Source: Thermoplasmata archaeon | GTDB lineage: Archaea > Thermoplasmatota > Thermoplasmata > RBG-16-68-12 | Assembly (NCBI GenBank): GCA_036395115.1 | Contig: DASWDU010000001.1 | Location: forward strand, 558 to 64,557 | Length of the DNA: 64,000 nt | Direction of reading: 5' to 3' | Part shown: positions 33,148 to 42,003 of the stretch, one piece after another | Numbering within the stretch: the first letter of the stretch is position 1 | How the letters are laid out: every line of letters begins with the position of its first letter | Translations under genes and position numbers: made by a program | Notes under the pieces: model-generated | Told to the model about the DNA's origin: nothing | The model's database searches: none | What the model saw: only the letters and a program-made list of their open reading frames with translations

Positions 33148-33323
33148 GGCGCAATCCGGCTCCTTACATCGGACCGCCAACGAGTTCGCGGTCCCGCTCC
33201 TCTAACCCGGTGTAAACAATGCGTTCCTAATACCATATAGTTTTCGAAGAGACAAGCTTGACCAGTGGATGCGCGACGCCCGCTGCGGATCGTCGAAGGT
33301 CCCGCACCGAGGGCCGCAGCGCT

Positions 33324-33677
33324 TCACTCCGACGCGGGCGGCGGACTCGCCGGCACCGCAGGTTTCGATGAAGAGGTCGGCGGCGCGGCGGACGGCGGTG
33401 GCGCGGCGGTCCTTGGAGAAATCCGGCCCGCGGCCACCATCGCGACCCGTTCGATGAGCATTCGGTACCTCGGGATCCCGACGAACTCGATCCGGTCGTC
33501 CACGAGGATCGCGGGCCCGAACTTGAGCTTGTACTTCGCTAGGAGCGGCCCGGACGCCTCCGGCGGGAGCACCTTGACCGTCCACTCGGGATGATCCGCC
33601 CGCAGCCTTTCCGCGACCTCCTGGATCCGCCCCTCCTGGTACTCCTGGACGGAGGCGAGGAACGTGACGGTCACCAT
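33324..33677 (-). CDS. Thioredoxin-fold-like small protein (no CxxC) with a Pro/Ala/Ser-rich tail
   Basis: This is the tail of ORF 33324..34490. ATG 33677 gives MVTVTFLASVQEYQEG...KYKLKFGPAILVDDRIEFVGIPRYRMLIERV, a Thioredoxin_3-like layout. Confidence 0.6.
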   Translation of the reverse strand: MVTVTFLASVQEYQEGRIQEVAERLRADHPEWTVKVLPPEASGPLLAKYKLKFGPAILVDDRIEFVGIPRYRMLIERVAMVAAGRISPRTAAPPPSAAPPTSSSKPAVPASPPPASE

Positions 33678-33767
33678 GGCCTCCCGCCGGAGTACCGGGG
33701 CACATCCCTTAAAGTTTGTGCGCGCACGGGAGAAAAGAGAAGTTGGCGGAGGCCGTTCCCGCGCGCG

Positions 33768-34607
33768 ATGCGATATCTCGTGGCGTCCGAGGCGGACGAG
33801 GCGAGCCGGGGGCAGAAAGAGGCTTTGCTCAAGGCGGCCTCGTGGAGCTCCGAATCGACGTTCGAAGGACGGCCCGCGTGGCGGTTCCGCGAGCTCCTCC
33901 TCGTCACGATCGCCGAGCCGCACCTCTACCGGGATCACCTCGATCGGGATCTCGAAGACGCCTTCGGCGACGCCGCCGATCTCGTCGTATACCTGTCGAA
34001 GCACAAGTCCGAGAGCGAGCGACCGAGCCTGACCGTCCACCCGATTGGGAATCCCACGGCCGCCCAATTCGGAGGACAGCCGGAGACGCTCGTCCCCTCG
34101 GCGCCCCGGTGGATGTCCGCAGCCCTCCGCGCGTTGAAGCGCGCGGCGGCGCCCCTCACCTACGCCGTCACCTTCGAGTCGACCCACCACGGACCGTACC
34201 TGACGTCGCCCACGTTCTATATCGAACAGGGGAGCACGGCCCGGGAATGGGGAGACGGGAGCGCGTCTCGGACGATCGCGGAGGTGCTGCTCGACCTCAC
34301 GCCGCTCGACGCGCCGATCGCGGTCGGCCTGGGGGGCGGCCACTACGTGCCGCGGCACACGGACCTGGCGCTGGAGCGACGGATCGCGTTCGGCCATCTC
34401 CTCCCGGCGTACGCCCTCGAACGCGCGCCACCGGCGATCGTGGACCAAGCGATCGAGCGGACCCACGGAGCGACGGTCGCGTATCTGCACCGGAAGACGA
34501 TCGGCAAGGAAGCGGTCCGTTCCCTCGAGGAACGGCTCGAGTCCCTCGGGGTCCGCGTCGTCCGGGAGGGGGACCTTCCCCTGGAGCGTGGGGACGAAAC
34601 TTCATAA
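33768..34607 (+). CDS. dtdA: Archaeal-type D-aminoacyl-tRNA deacylase
   Basis: ORF 33591..34607. ATG 33768 (MRYLVASEADEAS). Also SLTVHPIGNP and TFESTHHGPYLTSPTFYIEQGST. TATA-like CTTAAAG sits in the divergent spacer. Confidence 0.85.
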   Translation: MRYLVASEADEASRGQKEALLKAASWSSESTFEGRPAWRFRELLLVTIAEPHLYRDHLDRDLEDAFGDAADLVVYLSKHKSESERPSLTVHPIGNPTAAQFGGQPETLVPSAPRWMSAALRALKRAAAPLTYAVTFESTHHGPYLTSPTFYIEQGSTAREWGDGSASRTIAEVLLDLTPLDAPIAVGLGGGHYVPRHTDLALERRIAFGHLLPAYALERAPPAIVDQAIERTHGATVAYLHRKTIGKEAVRSLEERLESLGVRVVREGDLPLERGDETS

Positions 34608-34645
34608 GCCGACGCTGAATACCAAACCGTCGCGGGAGGGGACGC

Positions 34646-35326
34646 ATGCTGAAGGAGTGCGGTTCTCATGGATACTTCCGGGACGAGTTCTGTCCCCACT
34701 GCGGGAGCGAAGGCAAGTTCCTGCTCAACAACGAAGAGGTCGAAATCCTCGGCCGCACGATGGCGGGCGTCCTGCGGCACTTCCCGCAACGATACGGACT
34801 CGAGATGGACGCGCACGGATGGGTGGACCTCCGCGACTTCCTGACCGCGATCCAGATCCGGAACCGCCGGTTCCGCTTCGTGCGACAGCACCACGTCGTC
34901 GGCCTGATCGAGACGGACCCGAAGGGGCGGTACCAGTTCGAGGACGGAAAGATCCGCGCGACGTACGGACACTCGATGGACCTCGACCTCGACCTCCCGA
35001 CGGAAGGGATCCCGGACGTGCTGTTCTACCCGACGACCGAGGAAGAGAGCCACCTCCTGCTCGAGGCGGGCCTGCGCCCCTCGGACCGAAAGATGGTCCA
35101 TCTGAGCGCGACCTTCGAGGCCGCGATGGAGGCGGGTCGCGTCCGCATCCAAACGCCCGTGATCCTCGAGATCGACGCGAAGGCGGCGCGGGCCGACGGC
35201 GTCGTGATTCACAAAGCCGGGAAGACCGTCTATACGTCGAAAGAAGTCCCGGGCGAATTCTTGCGGCGCTCTACACGGGTCGAGGAAGAATTGCCTTCGC
35301 AACCGTCCGCCGACTCGCCGGGCTGA
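34646..35326 (+). CDS. kptA: RNA 2'-phosphotransferase (Tpt1/KptA) with an N-terminal zinc ribbon
   Basis: The N-terminal zinc ribbon is CGSHGYFRDEFCPHCG. Family motifs are LRHFPQRYGLEMDAHGWVDL, DPKGRYQFEDGKIRATYGHS and VHLSAT. Confidence 0.9.
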   Translation: MLKECGSHGYFRDEFCPHCGSEGKFLLNNEEVEILGRTMAGVLRHFPQRYGLEMDAHGWVDLRDFLTAIQIRNRRFRFVRQHHVVGLIETDPKGRYQFEDGKIRATYGHSMDLDLDLPTEGIPDVLFYPTTEEESHLLLEAGLRPSDRKMVHLSATFEAAMEAGRVRIQTPVILEIDAKAARADGVVIHKAGKTVYTSKEVPGEFLRRSTRVEEELPSQPSADSPG

Positions 35327-35408
35327 TTTTCAATCCCGACGCGAAATATTAATGCCCAATATCTTTATGAAGGCCCGTCGGATATCGTCGAGTTCGGATG
35401 GGTGAGAC

Positions 35409-36143
35409 ATGCCTTCCGCCTTTGGATTGAGCGGCAACCCGGCGCTGCAGGATCACTGGATCCGTCGTCTCTTCGCCTTCCTCATCGATGCGGTCGTCGT
35501 GTTCGTGATCGGACTCTTCTTGGGGATTCCCTTATCCGTTTTCGGATGGGTGTGGTGGCTTCCGCCGCTCTTCTTTGGAATCATTTGGTTCGTGTACTCG
35601 ATGCTCCTCGAGGGCTTCATCGGCGGGACGATCGGCAAGAGGCTGCTCTCGATCCGAGTCGTCGCGCTCGATGGCAATCTCAGCCTGATGCACACGATCG
35701 CCCGAAACCTCTCGAAGGTCTACTGGCTCGTCTTCCTGGCGGACCTCTTCATCGGGGCGGCGACCCGAGGCGACCCACGGCAGCGACTCTTCGACCGATT
35801 CGCACGGACGACCGTCACCCGGGTCGACCAGGGCGCCTACATGGAGGAGCAGTTCCGGATGATGCAGCACGCGCCGCCGTACCCGATGACCCCACAGGGC
35901 ACGTATCCGCAGGCGCCACCGCCGTCCGCCCCGCCGCCGGCGCCGCAGCCCGCGGGCGCCTCCGCGGGGGCTGCCGCGGGGTGGCCGGGACAGGCCCCCC
36001 CACAGAGCACATGGCCGCAGCACTCGTGGGACGACCAAGGCAAGCTCGTGAAGGAGACGAAATTCTGCGCGGCGTGTGGCGGCCAGCTCGTCGCGCGGGG
36101 CGACGGCAAGCTCGCGTGCGTACGGTGTGGCGCCACGTACTGA
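35409..36143 (+). CDS. RDD-family membrane protein with a C-terminal zinc ribbon
   Basis: The RDD domain reads WIRRLFAFLIDAVVVFVIG...GGTIGKRLLSIRVV...DRFARTTV. A Pro/Ala-rich linker follows. The tail is CAACGGQLVARGDGKLACVRCG. Confidence 0.85.
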   Translation: MPSAFGLSGNPALQDHWIRRLFAFLIDAVVVFVIGLFLGIPLSVFGWVWWLPPLFFGIIWFVYSMLLEGFIGGTIGKRLLSIRVVALDGNLSLMHTIARNLSKVYWLVFLADLFIGAATRGDPRQRLFDRFARTTVTRVDQGAYMEEQFRMMQHAPPYPMTPQGTYPQAPPPSAPPPAPQPAGASAGAAAGWPGQAPPQSTWPQHSWDDQGKLVKETKFCAACGGQLVARGDGKLACVRCGATY

Positions 36144-37148
36144 TCACGTCAGACGGCCGCGGAGCCACACGAGGTCGAAGGCGACCATCGCAAAGTAGCT
36201 CGACGTCAGGACGGCGCCGGATCGCGACGTGATTTTCCATTCGCCGAGCATGAGCGCCAGCAGCAAGAACGACGTCACGACCATCGCGCCGACGACGGGC
36301 AGGAGCAAGTCGACGGAGTGGGTCGACGGCCGCAGGATCCCAATCAGGCCGAGCGTCAGGAGCGTCGTGACGACGCTCGCCCCGATCCCCTCGCCGAGGA
36401 CGAGGTCTGTGTAACCGCGACGGGTCGCGTGATAGGCGGCGGCGATGTCCGGGAGCGACGTGCCGAGCGCGACGACCGTGATCCCGATGAACCACGGATT
36501 CAGGCCGACGACGGCCGAGACGCCGATCGCGCCGCGGACGAGGAACTGCGCCCCCATCACGGACCAGAGGACCCCGAGGATGAGCCACCCAAGGCCCGCC
36601 CGGATCTCGATTTTCCGGCCGAAAATCCAACCGGTGAACTCGAGGCCGATCTTCAGGTCGTCGACCCGCTCCTGGATCTCCTCCGGCGGGCCCGTTCGCT
36701 GAGAGACCGACAGGTTGAGCACGTACGGGACGAAGAGCGCCATGAGGGCGAGGCCTTCGTATCGCGTGAGGTTCCCGTCGAGCAAGAGCGTCGCGGCGAC
36801 CAACGTGACAATCGCGAGGAACACCGCGTCCCGGAGGACGATCTCGCGGGAAGTCTTGATCGGCCGCACGAGCGCGCTCGCGCCGATGACGAAGGCGATC
36901 GTGACCACGGTCGAGGCGAGCGCGTTGCCCAGCGCGATCTCCGGACTCCCTTCCTCGGCCGCGATGCCGCTCACGAGGAGCTCCGGGACCGCCGAGAGCG
37001 TGGAGACGAGGAGGGCGCCGACGACGAAACGGCTCCGCCCGATCTTCCCGGAGATCCGCGTGGCGTTGTCCGTGATGAACTTCGCACCTTGGTTGAGCGT
37101 GATAAAACCGATCGCGATTGCGACCGCCCAAGGCACCCACTCGAGCAT
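36144..37148 (-). CDS. Sodium/calcium exchanger family protein (CaCA, YrbG-like)
   Basis: 334-aa polytopic protein with two alpha-repeat regions (GNALASTVVTIAFVIG and GEGIGASVVTTLLTLG). Confidence 0.9.
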   Translation of the reverse strand: MLEWVPWAVAIAIGFITLNQGAKFITDNATRISGKIGRSRFVVGALLVSTLSAVPELLVSGIAAEEGSPEIALGNALASTVVTIAFVIGASALVRPIKTSREIVLRDAVFLAIVTLVAATLLLDGNLTRYEGLALMALFVPYVLNLSVSQRTGPPEEIQERVDDLKIGLEFTGWIFGRKIEIRAGLGWLILGVLWSVMGAQFLVRGAIGVSAVVGLNPWFIGITVVALGTSLPDIAAAYHATRRGYTDLVLGEGIGASVVTTLLTLGLIGILRPSTHSVDLLLPVVGAMVVTSFLLLALMLGEWKITSRSGAVLTSSYFAMVAFDLVWLRGRLT

Positions 37149-37279
37149 CCCGCGTATTCCCTTCGGACGGACTCGCGACTCCTCCGCAACGCATCAAGCT
37201 TCGTTCCCGGCGGCGGGCGTTGACAAAGGGCATCCGAGTGGGGCACGACTTTATTATGAAGTCACGCGCCGGGCCGCCC

Positions 37280-37708
37280 ATGTTCACCCGAACAAACATG
37301 ATCGATGCGACCCCGGATCGCGTGTTCGCGGTCCTGACGGACCTCGGCCGAGCCCAGCAATGGATGCCGTCGATTCAGAAGATCGACCCGCTCACGTCGG
37401 GGCCGTTCGTGATCGGTACGAGTTGGCGGGAGACTCGGGCCGCCGGGAAACGGACGCTCGAGTCCATGGTCCGCGTGACGGCGCTGGAGCCTCCGACCCG
37501 GCTAGGACTCGAGGTGGACAGCAAGCCGATGAAGGGCCACCTGGAGTTCCGCCTCACGCCGAGAGGCGGCGGGACGGAAATCCAGTACGAGGCCGAGATG
37601 CGGGGCAAAGGGCTCTTCCGCCTGATGAGCGGCGCGATGAACCGGATGATGGCGGAGACCGACGACGATTTGCTTGATCGGCTGAAGGGCCAAGTCGAGC
37701 GGCGATAA
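37280..37708 (+). CDS. SRPBCC (START/polyketide-cyclase-like) family protein
   Basis: ORF 37118..37708. ATG 37280 lies about 25-30 nt downstream of TTTATTAT, which suggests a leaderless transcript. ATG 37256 is an alternative. N-terminus IDATPDRVFAVLTDLGRAQQWMP. Confidence 0.8.
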   Translation: MFTRTNMIDATPDRVFAVLTDLGRAQQWMPSIQKIDPLTSGPFVIGTSWRETRAAGKRTLESMVRVTALEPPTRLGLEVDSKPMKGHLEFRLTPRGGGTEIQYEAEMRGKGLFRLMSGAMNRMMAETDDDLLDRLKGQVERR

Positions 37709-37734
37709 GCCGCCACCGATCGGACGATTACGCC

Positions 37735-38892
37735 TCAGGTCACCAGCGCGCCAAGCTGTCCACTCTCGACGCCGCGCCGCAGCTCCATCGCGATCCGGCG
37801 CCCCGTGCTCATCGGCCTCCGCCACAGCGAGTTGCCGTACGGATGGCCGAGCGCCATGTGGATATTCGTCCCGCCGCCGATGCGCGGCGAGACGTCGTAG
37901 ACCCAGAACCGCAGATCCTTGTCGACGGCCGTCTGAAGGGTGAACGGGCCGATGATGCCGGGCGCGAAGTACCGCTGCGTCGCCTTGACGTATGCCTCCG
38001 CGATCTCGAAGACATCCTTGAGACTCGACTCGCGCAACGTCGCGGCGTTGTGCCCCACGACGACGTATTCCGGGATGCGCTGAGCCTTCTCGAGGGAGAG
38101 CTGCTGGTCCGCCGGGAGCCGGACATGGCCGTCGAGGGATGTCTCGAACCTCCAGTCGACGCCGAGTAGCTCGAGCTTCTCCGCATCCTCCTCGATCGGA
38201 GAGTAGAAGAAATCGAAGTTGAAGATCGGGCCGATGATGTACCGCTCGATCCGCGCCTTTGCCAGGTCCGCCTTCGAGATCACGCCCTCCTTCCGAAGCG
38301 CCTCGGACTTCTCGCGATACTCCTTGAAGCTCGCCGCGGTGAAAAAGCCGCGCTCGAGCCTCTTCACCTTGTGCGGCAGCTTGACGATCGCGAGCCCGTC
38401 GATGTCGTTCGGCGAATCGAACTTCTCCGGCGCGGGCAGCTTCGCTTGCTCCAGGATCCAATAGTAGCTGCGCTCGTACTCGCGTTCCTCGGTCCGGAGG
38501 AGGTTGCGGCTCCCGAACAAGGGCACGCGGAACTCCTCCTCGATCGCATCGAGGTCGCAGTACGACGTGAAGGAGCGGTTGGGGACGAACACGGAGTTCG
38601 TGCCGCGGAGGCGCTCCTGAAGTTTGTCCGAGAGGACCTCGTCGAACTTCGCGAGGACGATCGCCTCGTCGACCATGCCGCGCTTCGGCCGGCCCTCCTT
38701 GTCTCGCACGGATCGGAAGAACCGCGCGTACGGGGTCGCCCGGCCCTTCTCGCAAATCACGAGGGTCCGAAACCCCTCCTCGATCGCGCCGTCGCAGACG
38801 TCGAGGGCGGAATGCGATCCGATCGACGCGACGCGGATCGCCGAGGGATCATATCCCTCGAGGATCTGCACGATCGCCTCCCGCTCGATCAT
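37735..38892 (-). CDS. purP: 5-formaminoimidazole-4-carboxamide ribonucleotide (FAICAR) synthetase PurP
   Basis: IRVASIGSHSALDVCDGAIEEGFRTLVICEKGRATPY plus an ATP-grasp C-terminal half. This is the archaeal purP pattern. Confidence 0.9.
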   Translation of the reverse strand: MIEREAIVQILEGYDPSAIRVASIGSHSALDVCDGAIEEGFRTLVICEKGRATPYARFFRSVRDKEGRPKRGMVDEAIVLAKFDEVLSDKLQERLRGTNSVFVPNRSFTSYCDLDAIEEEFRVPLFGSRNLLRTEEREYERSYYWILEQAKLPAPEKFDSPNDIDGLAIVKLPHKVKRLERGFFTAASFKEYREKSEALRKEGVISKADLAKARIERYIIGPIFNFDFFYSPIEEDAEKLELLGVDWRFETSLDGHVRLPADQQLSLEKAQRIPEYVVVGHNAATLRESSLKDVFEIAEAYVKATQRYFAPGIIGPFTLQTAVDKDLRFWVYDVSPRIGGGTNIHMALGHPYGNSLWRRPMSTGRRIAMELRRGVESGQLGALVT

Positions 38893-39118
38893 CGCGCCCG
38901 CCCCGCCGGTGCGGCCGCATGGCCCGCGCCTGTTTAATGCTTTGGCACTTCGATTCTCCGACTCCCGGAAAACGTCTTTACCGATGAGACACTTCGCCGC
39001 GCATCGTATCGCGGGCGATCAAGTGGTGGGGTCGGGGATCGGTGGACACGGTCGTCCCCCTGGAGAGCCCAGTCCACCCTCGCCGACGACCCCTGGCAAC
39101 CGCGGTGACAAGATCGAT

Positions 39119-40723
39119 GTGACCGAGTTCTCCGCAAGCACGCGCGCGGCGAACCTCGAGCGGATGCGCCGGGAGACGTTCGACGTCCTGATCGTGGGAG
39201 GCGGGATCGTCGGTGCCGGCGTGGCGAGGGAGGCGGCGTGCCGCGGTCTCCGGACGGCCCTGGCGGAACGCGGGGACTTCGCGAGCGGGACCAGCGGGAA
39301 GACATCGCGCCTCGTCCACGGCGGCCTGCGGTATCTGAGGAACTACCGGATCGGGCTGGTCCGTCAGGGGGTGCGGGAACGCGATCGTCTCCTGGCGACG
39401 GCGCCGTGCCTCGTCCATCCGCTCCCGTTCGTCATCCCGGTGTACCGGGATCGGCCTCCCGGCGCCTTGGCGTTGCGGTTCGGGCTCCTCGTGTACGATC
39501 TCCTCTCGAAGGGAAAGGCGGTGCCCGGGCGGACGTGGCTCCGGCTCGAGCAGGCGATGGCTCGAGAACCGCGCCTCGCGGAAGTTGCGATCGCGGGCGC
39601 AGGGATATACTACGATGCGTGGACGGACGATAGCCGCCTCGTCCTCGCGGTCGTCAAAGACGCCGCGGCCGCGGGGGCGGTCGTCGCGAACTACGCCGAG
39701 GTCTCCGAAGTCATCCGCGAAGAGGAGACCGTGTGCGGCGGGCGCGTCCGAGACGGCCTCGCCGGCGATTCCTTCGAGGTCCGCGCGGGGGTCGTCGTGA
39801 ACGCGACCGGGGTCTGGCTCGACCGACTCCGGACCCCGAGGCCGCACCCCACGATCCGGCCGACGAAGGGCGTCCACGTCTTCGTGCCTCGCGCGAGGCT
39901 CGGGCACCACCACGCGATCGCGCTCACGGTGCGGACGGACGGTCGGGTGGTGTTCGTCCTCCCTTGGGGAGATCTGACGCTCGTCGGCACGACGGACACG
40001 GACTTCGCGGGCGATCCGGACCACGTCGTCGCCGATCCGGCGGACGTCGACTACCTGCTCTCCGCGGTGAACGAGGCGTTCCCGGACGCGCATCTCACCC
40101 GCGACGACGTCGTGAGCGCCTACGCGGGCCTCCGTCCGCTGCTCCGCAAGCATGGGGAAGATGTGTCCGAGTCCGAGGTCTCTCGCGCGCACGAACTCTT
40201 CGAGGACGAGGACGGCCTCATCTCGGTGGCCGGCGGAAAGCTCACGACGCACCGGGCCATGGCCGAGGAGGTCGTGAGCCGCATCGTGGGCCGGCGTGCG
40301 ACGGGGTCCACGAGCGACCGTTCGCTCGGCCCGAGCGCCTCCCCGCTCGAGGACTTCACGGACCTCGGACTGGACGAGGCCGCGGCGTCGCACCTCCAAA
40401 TGAGATACTCGCTCGCCGCGGTCCAACGGAATCTCGAATCGCCCGGGGCGCGCGGCCGAATCGTCCACGGACGCCCCTGCCTCTGGGCGGAGGTCGACCT
40501 CGCGGTCCGTGAGGAGATGGCGCTCCGCCTTTCCGACGTCCTCGTGCGCCGGCTCGGGCTCTTCTATGAGACCCCGGATCAGGCGTTCGGCGTCGCGGTG
40601 CAAGTCGCCGCGCGAATGGGCCGGATCCTCCGGTGGAATCCGCGCACCGTCGAGATGGAGCTTGCAGAGTACGCGGAGCTCGTTCGGGCGCATCGCGCAT
40701 TCCGCGAGGACCATGGCCGCTGA
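39119..40723 (+). CDS. FAD-dependent glycerol-3-phosphate dehydrogenase (GlpD/GlpA family)
   Basis: ORF 38624..40723. GTG 39119 (VTEFSASTRAANLERMRRETFDVLIVGGGIVGAG) is preferred by analogy with GlpD N-termini. ATG 39164 is an alternative. Also TSGKTSRLVHGGLRYL. Confidence 0.85.
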   Translation: MTEFSASTRAANLERMRRETFDVLIVGGGIVGAGVAREAACRGLRTALAERGDFASGTSGKTSRLVHGGLRYLRNYRIGLVRQGVRERDRLLATAPCLVHPLPFVIPVYRDRPPGALALRFGLLVYDLLSKGKAVPGRTWLRLEQAMAREPRLAEVAIAGAGIYYDAWTDDSRLVLAVVKDAAAAGAVVANYAEVSEVIREEETVCGGRVRDGLAGDSFEVRAGVVVNATGVWLDRLRTPRPHPTIRPTKGVHVFVPRARLGHHHAIALTVRTDGRVVFVLPWGDLTLVGTTDTDFAGDPDHVVADPADVDYLLSAVNEAFPDAHLTRDDVVSAYAGLRPLLRKHGEDVSESEVSRAHELFEDEDGLISVAGGKLTTHRAMAEEVVSRIVGRRATGSTSDRSLGPSASPLEDFTDLGLDEAAASHLQMRYSLAAVQRNLESPGARGRIVHGRPCLWAEVDLAVREEMALRLSDVLVRRLGLFYETPDQAFGVAVQVAARMGRILRWNPRTVEMELAEYAELVRAHRAFREDHGR

Positions 40724-40803
40724 GACGCTCTTCATCGAAGGCGATGCCGATCCTCTCGGAATAAGAGATAGCCCCGGGCAGATTCGAACTGCCGTCGCGA
40801 GGT

Positions 40804-40827
40804 CTCTCCTCGGTCCGGAGGACCGAT
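40804..40827 (-). other. tRNA intron 2 (24 nt), at the canonical position 37/38
   Basis: ATCGGTCCTCCGGACCGAGGAGAG. The central helix is CTCT/GGAG. The bulges are GG|A and AG|A. The inner 7-bp helix is TCGGTCC/GGACCGA. Confidence 0.8.
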
Positions 40828-40843
40828 CCAGAGCCTCGAATCA

Positions 40844-40871
40844 CTGGCCCGCGACCGAGAGCCGGTCACGA
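40844..40871 (-). other. tRNA intron 1 (28 nt), at a non-canonical D-loop position 21/22
   Basis: TCGTGACCGGCTCTCGGTCGCGGGCCAG. The central 4-bp helix is GGCC/GGCC. It is flanked by 3-nt bulges AA|T and AG|T. The inner 8-bp helix is CGTGACCG/CGGTCGCG. Confidence 0.7.
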
Positions 40872-40940
40872 TTGGCCGCTAGACCACGGGGCTGCGCGCG
40901 ATTCAACGGGTAGGACGTATTTTGCCTTTCCTACTTGGTG

Positions 40941-40954
40941 GGGTGCGTTCCACG
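40941..40954. repeat. Left copy of the 14-bp inverted repeat GGGTGCGTTCCACG (partner at 44314-44327)
   Basis: It is the exact reverse complement of CGTGGAACGCACCC at 44314-44327. Confidence 0.7.
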
Positions 40955-40964
40955 ACTCCCCTCT

Positions 40965-41006
40965 GAACTCCAGCCGTGGAACAGTGAACTCCGGTTGTGG
41001 AACTGG
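40965..41006 (+). repeat. Two tandem 21-bp repeats, GAACTCCAGCCGTGGAACAGT and GAACTCCGGTTGTGGAACTGG
   Basis: Read directly from the sequence; 16 of 21 positions are identical. They carry the same GAACTCC-N5-GTGGAAC core as the first repeat at 44264. Confidence 0.7.
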
Positions 41007-41057
41007 GCCACCCACCTTCACCGGTCCTCTCCATACCCTTTTGTAGGCGCGTGATGG

Positions 41058-41984
41058 CTATCTCCGGAGGTCGGCGTAGACCCTGGCAAAGCCTTGCCGC
41101 CAACTCGGGTATTTCAGGCGCCAGCCGAGTTCGCGCTTGGCCTTGGCGTTGGTCAAGCCCGTCGATTCGGACATCATGGTGACCAAGCCGCCGCCGAACA
41201 GCTTCGCCAGCCACAATGGCACCCGGCGGGGCCGCTTGACGCCCAAAGCGTTGGCCATAGCTGGCAGCCATTCCCGCATGGGCGCCGGGTCGTCGTCGAC
41301 CACGTTGTAGACGCCGGGCCGGCCGCACTCCAGGGCAAGCACCGTTGCGGCGGCAGCGTCATCGAGATGGATGAACGACCACACGCTGCTGCCGTCGCCG
41401 ATTATGGGCATCTTGCCCTTCTGAAGCGGCGCTACCAGCCCGTCGTTGGCGGCGCCATAAAAGCTACCGTAGCGTAATGCGACGCCGCCGGCTCTGGCGA
41501 TAGTTTCTTCGAGGCGCTGCAAGGCTTCGAAGTTCTCTCGCTGGTCTTTCGGCAGCGACGGATTGAGGGCGTCGTCTTCCGACTTTGGCCGGCCGTCGCC
41601 GCGGGCGTGACGGAAGTTGCCGAAGCTCTGGGCGACGAAGCGCTTCACGCCAACCGCCTTGCCTGCGGCAAGCAGCGCGTCCAGCCCTTGGGTGCGCAAC
41701 TGGGTCGTGGCTCGGATCATGGTCTTTGCCTGGCCCATGCTGTGGCTGCTGCCCAAAGCCGTCGCCTCGTGGATGATGGCGTCGAGCCTGGCGTCGACGA
41801 CGGCGCGACGAACCGCGGGCGCGTCGCGAAGATCGAGCTGCACTGGCTTGGCTCCGAGGGCGCGCAACCGGTCCGCCGTCTCCGGATGGTGATGCGTGCC
41901 CACGACGTCATGGCCCGCTGCGACCAATTGGCGAACCAGGGGCAGTCCGATGGCACCGGAGGCGCCAGCGACGAAGACGCGCAT
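41058..41984 (-). CDS. NAD(P)-dependent epimerase/dehydratase (extended SDR)
   Basis: ORF 41058..42161. ATG 41984 gives MRVFVAGASGAIGLPLVRQLVAAGHDV, a Rossmann GxxGxxG motif. Confidence 0.85.
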   Translation of the reverse strand: MRVFVAGASGAIGLPLVRQLVAAGHDVVGTHHHPETADRLRALGAKPVQLDLRDAPAVRRAVVDARLDAIIHEATALGSSHSMGQAKTMIRATTQLRTQGLDALLAAGKAVGVKRFVAQSFGNFRHARGDGRPKSEDDALNPSLPKDQRENFEALQRLEETIARAGGVALRYGSFYGAANDGLVAPLQKGKMPIIGDGSSVWSFIHLDDAAAATVLALECGRPGVYNVVDDDPAPMREWLPAMANALGVKRPRRVPLWLAKLFGGGLVTMMSESTGLTNAKAKRELGWRLKYPSWRQGFARVYADLRR

Positions 41985-42003
41985 CAGGAGCCGGCCCGCT
42001 GGC

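Larger units (their letters stand above)
40769..40893 (-). tRNA. tRNA-Gln (anticodon CUG) with two introns
   Basis: After removal of 40844-40871 and 40804-40827, a 73-nt cloverleaf remains: AGCCCCG TG GTCT AGCGGCCAA TGAT T CGAGG CTCTGGA CCTCG CGAC GGCAG TTCGAAT CTGCC CGGGGCT A. The A1-U72 pair and the AGYGGCCAA D-loop fit what I recall of archaeal tRNA-Gln (from memory, unchecked). TATA-like AAAATAC lies about 25-30 nt upstream. Confidence 0.8.

Noticed and set aside
40941-41006. The GTGGAAC repeats as archaeal origin-recognition boxes (ORB / mini-ORB)
   Set aside because: They resemble the TCCA..GGAAAC core only superficially. The dyad and the G-string are not in the ORB arrangement, and no orc1/cdc6 gene or AT-rich unwinding element lies nearby. 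I kept this only as a weak alternative under the repeat finding.
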